A DNA stretch of 62,798 nucleotides, the filler included, from Leucoraja erinacea (Eukaryota), in the NCBI RefSeq assembly GCF_028641065.1. It is 3 parts of 3 records of this genome, joined end to end, with 100 filler letters (N's around TTAATTAATTAA, not from the genome) between each part and the next. Parts side by side here need not be neighbours in the genome. Positions count along the whole stretch, not along the records: positions 45,552 to 62,798 come from NW_026576170.1; 2 more parts are not named here. One strand, written 5' to 3'. Of the stretch, positions 61,021-62,798 are shown piece after piece. A model generated the notes under the pieces. That model saw nothing but the letters and a program-made list of their open reading frames with translations. It did no database searches and had not been told where the DNA came from. The position numbers and the translations under genes are program-made. Numbering within the stretch: the stretch's first letter is position 1; the number at the start of each line of letters is the position of its first letter.

Positions 61021-62798
61021 CATAGAAACATAGAAACATGGAAAATAGGTGCAGGAGGAGGCCATTCGGCCCTTTGAGCCAGCACCGCCATTCATTGTGA
61101 TCATGGCTGATCGTCCACTATCAATAACCCGTGCCTGCCTTCTCCCCGTATCCCTTGGCTGCACTAGCCCCTAGACCTCAGATCAGATTCAGATTCAATT
61201 TAATTGTCATTGTCAGTGTACAGTACAGAGACAACGAAATGCATTGACCTCTATCTAACTCTCTGTTAAATCCATCCTGTGACCTGGCCTCCACTGCCCT
61301 CTGTTGCAGGGAATTTCACAAATTCACAACTCTCTGGTTGAAAAAGTTTATTTCTCACCGCAGTCTTAAATGACCTCCTCTTTATTCTCAGACTGTGTCA
61401 CCTGGTTCTGGACTCGCCCAACATTGGGAACATTTTTCCTGCATCTAGCTTGTCATGTCTTTTTATAATTGTATATGTTTCTATATGACCCCCCCCCCCC
61501 CTCATCGTTCTAAACTCTATACAAGCCTAGACTTTTCAATCTTTCCTCATATGACAGTCCCGCCATCCCATGGATCAATCTCGCGAACCTCCGCTGCACT
61601 GCCTCAATCACAAGGATGCCTTCCTCAAATTAGGAGACCAAAACTGTACACAATACTCCAGATGTGGTCTCACTAGCACCCTATACAACTGCAGAAGAAC
61701 CTCTTTACACCTATACTGAAATCCTCTTGTTATGAAGGCCAACATTCCATATACTTTCTTCACTGCCTGCTGCAGCTGCACGCCATCTTTCAGTGATCGG
61801 TGTACAAGGACGCCCAGGTCTCGCTGCACCTCCCCCTAACCCCATTGAGATAATAATCTGCCCTCTTGTTTTTGCCGCCAAAGTGGATAACCACACTTTT
61901 ATCTATATTATTCTGAACCTGTCCAGGTCACCCTGCAACCTCCTAACATCCTCTTCACAGTTCACACTTCTACCCAGCTTTGTGTCATCCGCAAACTTGC
62001 TAGTGTTGCTCCTAATTCCCTCTTCCAAATCATTAATGTATATGGTAAACAGTTGCGGCCCCAAACCGAGCATTGTGGCACTCCACTCGCCACTGCCTGC
62101 CATTCCGAAAAGGACCCGTTCACTGCTACTCTTTGCTTCTGGTCTGCCAACCAATTTTCTATCCATGTCAACACCCTACCCCCAATACCATGTGCTCTAA
62201 GTCGCCAGTCTCCCGTGCGGGACCTTATCAAAGGCGTTCTGAAAGTCTAGATACACTACATCCACTGGCACCCCTTCATCCATTTTACTTGTCGCATCCT
62301 CAAAAAAATTCCAGAAGATTTGTCAAACATGATTTCCCTTTCATAAATCCATGTTGACTTGGACTAATCCTTTTACTGCTATCCAAATGCCCCATTATTA
62401 CCTCTTTAATAATTGACTCCAACATCTTTCCCACCACCGAAGTCAGGCTAACTGGTCTGTAATTCTCCGTTTTCTCTCTCGCTCCTTTCTTGAAAAGTGG
62501 GATAACATCAGCTATCCTCCAATCCACAGGAACAGACCCTGAATCTATTGAACATCGGAAAATGATCACCAATGCACCACTATTTCTAGAGCCACCTCGC
62601 TGAGGACCCTGGGATGCAGACCATCAGGCCCAGGGGATGTATCATCCTTCAGTCCCATTAGCCTACCCAATACTATTCTCGCCTAATGCAAATTTATTTC
62701 AGTTCCTCTACCCCCTTAGATCCTCTGTCCTCCAGTACACATGAGAGATTGTTTGTGTCTTCCTTAGCGAAGACAGATCCGAAGTACTTCTTCAACTC
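61021..62798 (-). mobile_element. CR1 LINE running off the window end
   Basis: NYRPVSLTSVVGK, QHGFMKGKSCLTNLLEFF, FADDTKLG, RPHLEYCVQFWSP; (CATAGAAA)n tail. Further short CR1 3' ends lie near 1, 11980, 13085, 14800, 17620, 18316, 19362, 21980, 46970, 49210 and 58378. Confidence 0.9.

Noticed and set aside
1-62798. D, J or C segments, rearranged V(D)J, CRISPR arrays or prokaryotic systems
   Set aside because: No 12-RSS, FGXG J motif or C exon was found by eye; all six V segments are in germline configuration and the sequence is eukaryotic.

Overview
Repeat-rich vertebrate genomic DNA, most consistent with a cartilaginous fish (probably a skate or ray; inferred from the CR1 tails, HE1-type SINEs and V-gene families, not from a search). 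The window is three sequence blocks joined by two artificial 100-nt linkers (44 N + TTAATTAATTAA + 44 N at 22696-22795 and 45452-45551), so adjacency across the linkers is unproven. It holds (i) three intact two-exon GPR139/GPR142-like class A GPCR genes; (ii) six germline T-cell-receptor-type V segments, each with a leader exon and a 23-bp-spacer RSS: three alpha/delta-like (one with a mutated splice donor, one frameshifted pseudogene), one divergent V, and two TRBV30-like 'CAW' segments; (iii) tRNA-Thr(CGT) and tRNA-Leu(TAA), each beside a strong CTCF motif; (iv) many mobile elements: CR1, L2 and Rex1/Babar LINEs, Penelope-like elements with hammerhead ribozyme motifs, a Passport-like Tc1, non-autonomous Helitrons filled with polypurine tracts, MITEs and SINEs. 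No D, J or C segments were seen. The most interesting signal is the repeated interleaving of a diversified GPR139-like receptor family with RSS-bearing TCR V segments and tRNA+CTCF modules in two of the blocks (gap-free in block 3), reminiscent of the olfactory receptor genes in the mammalian TRA/TRD locus.
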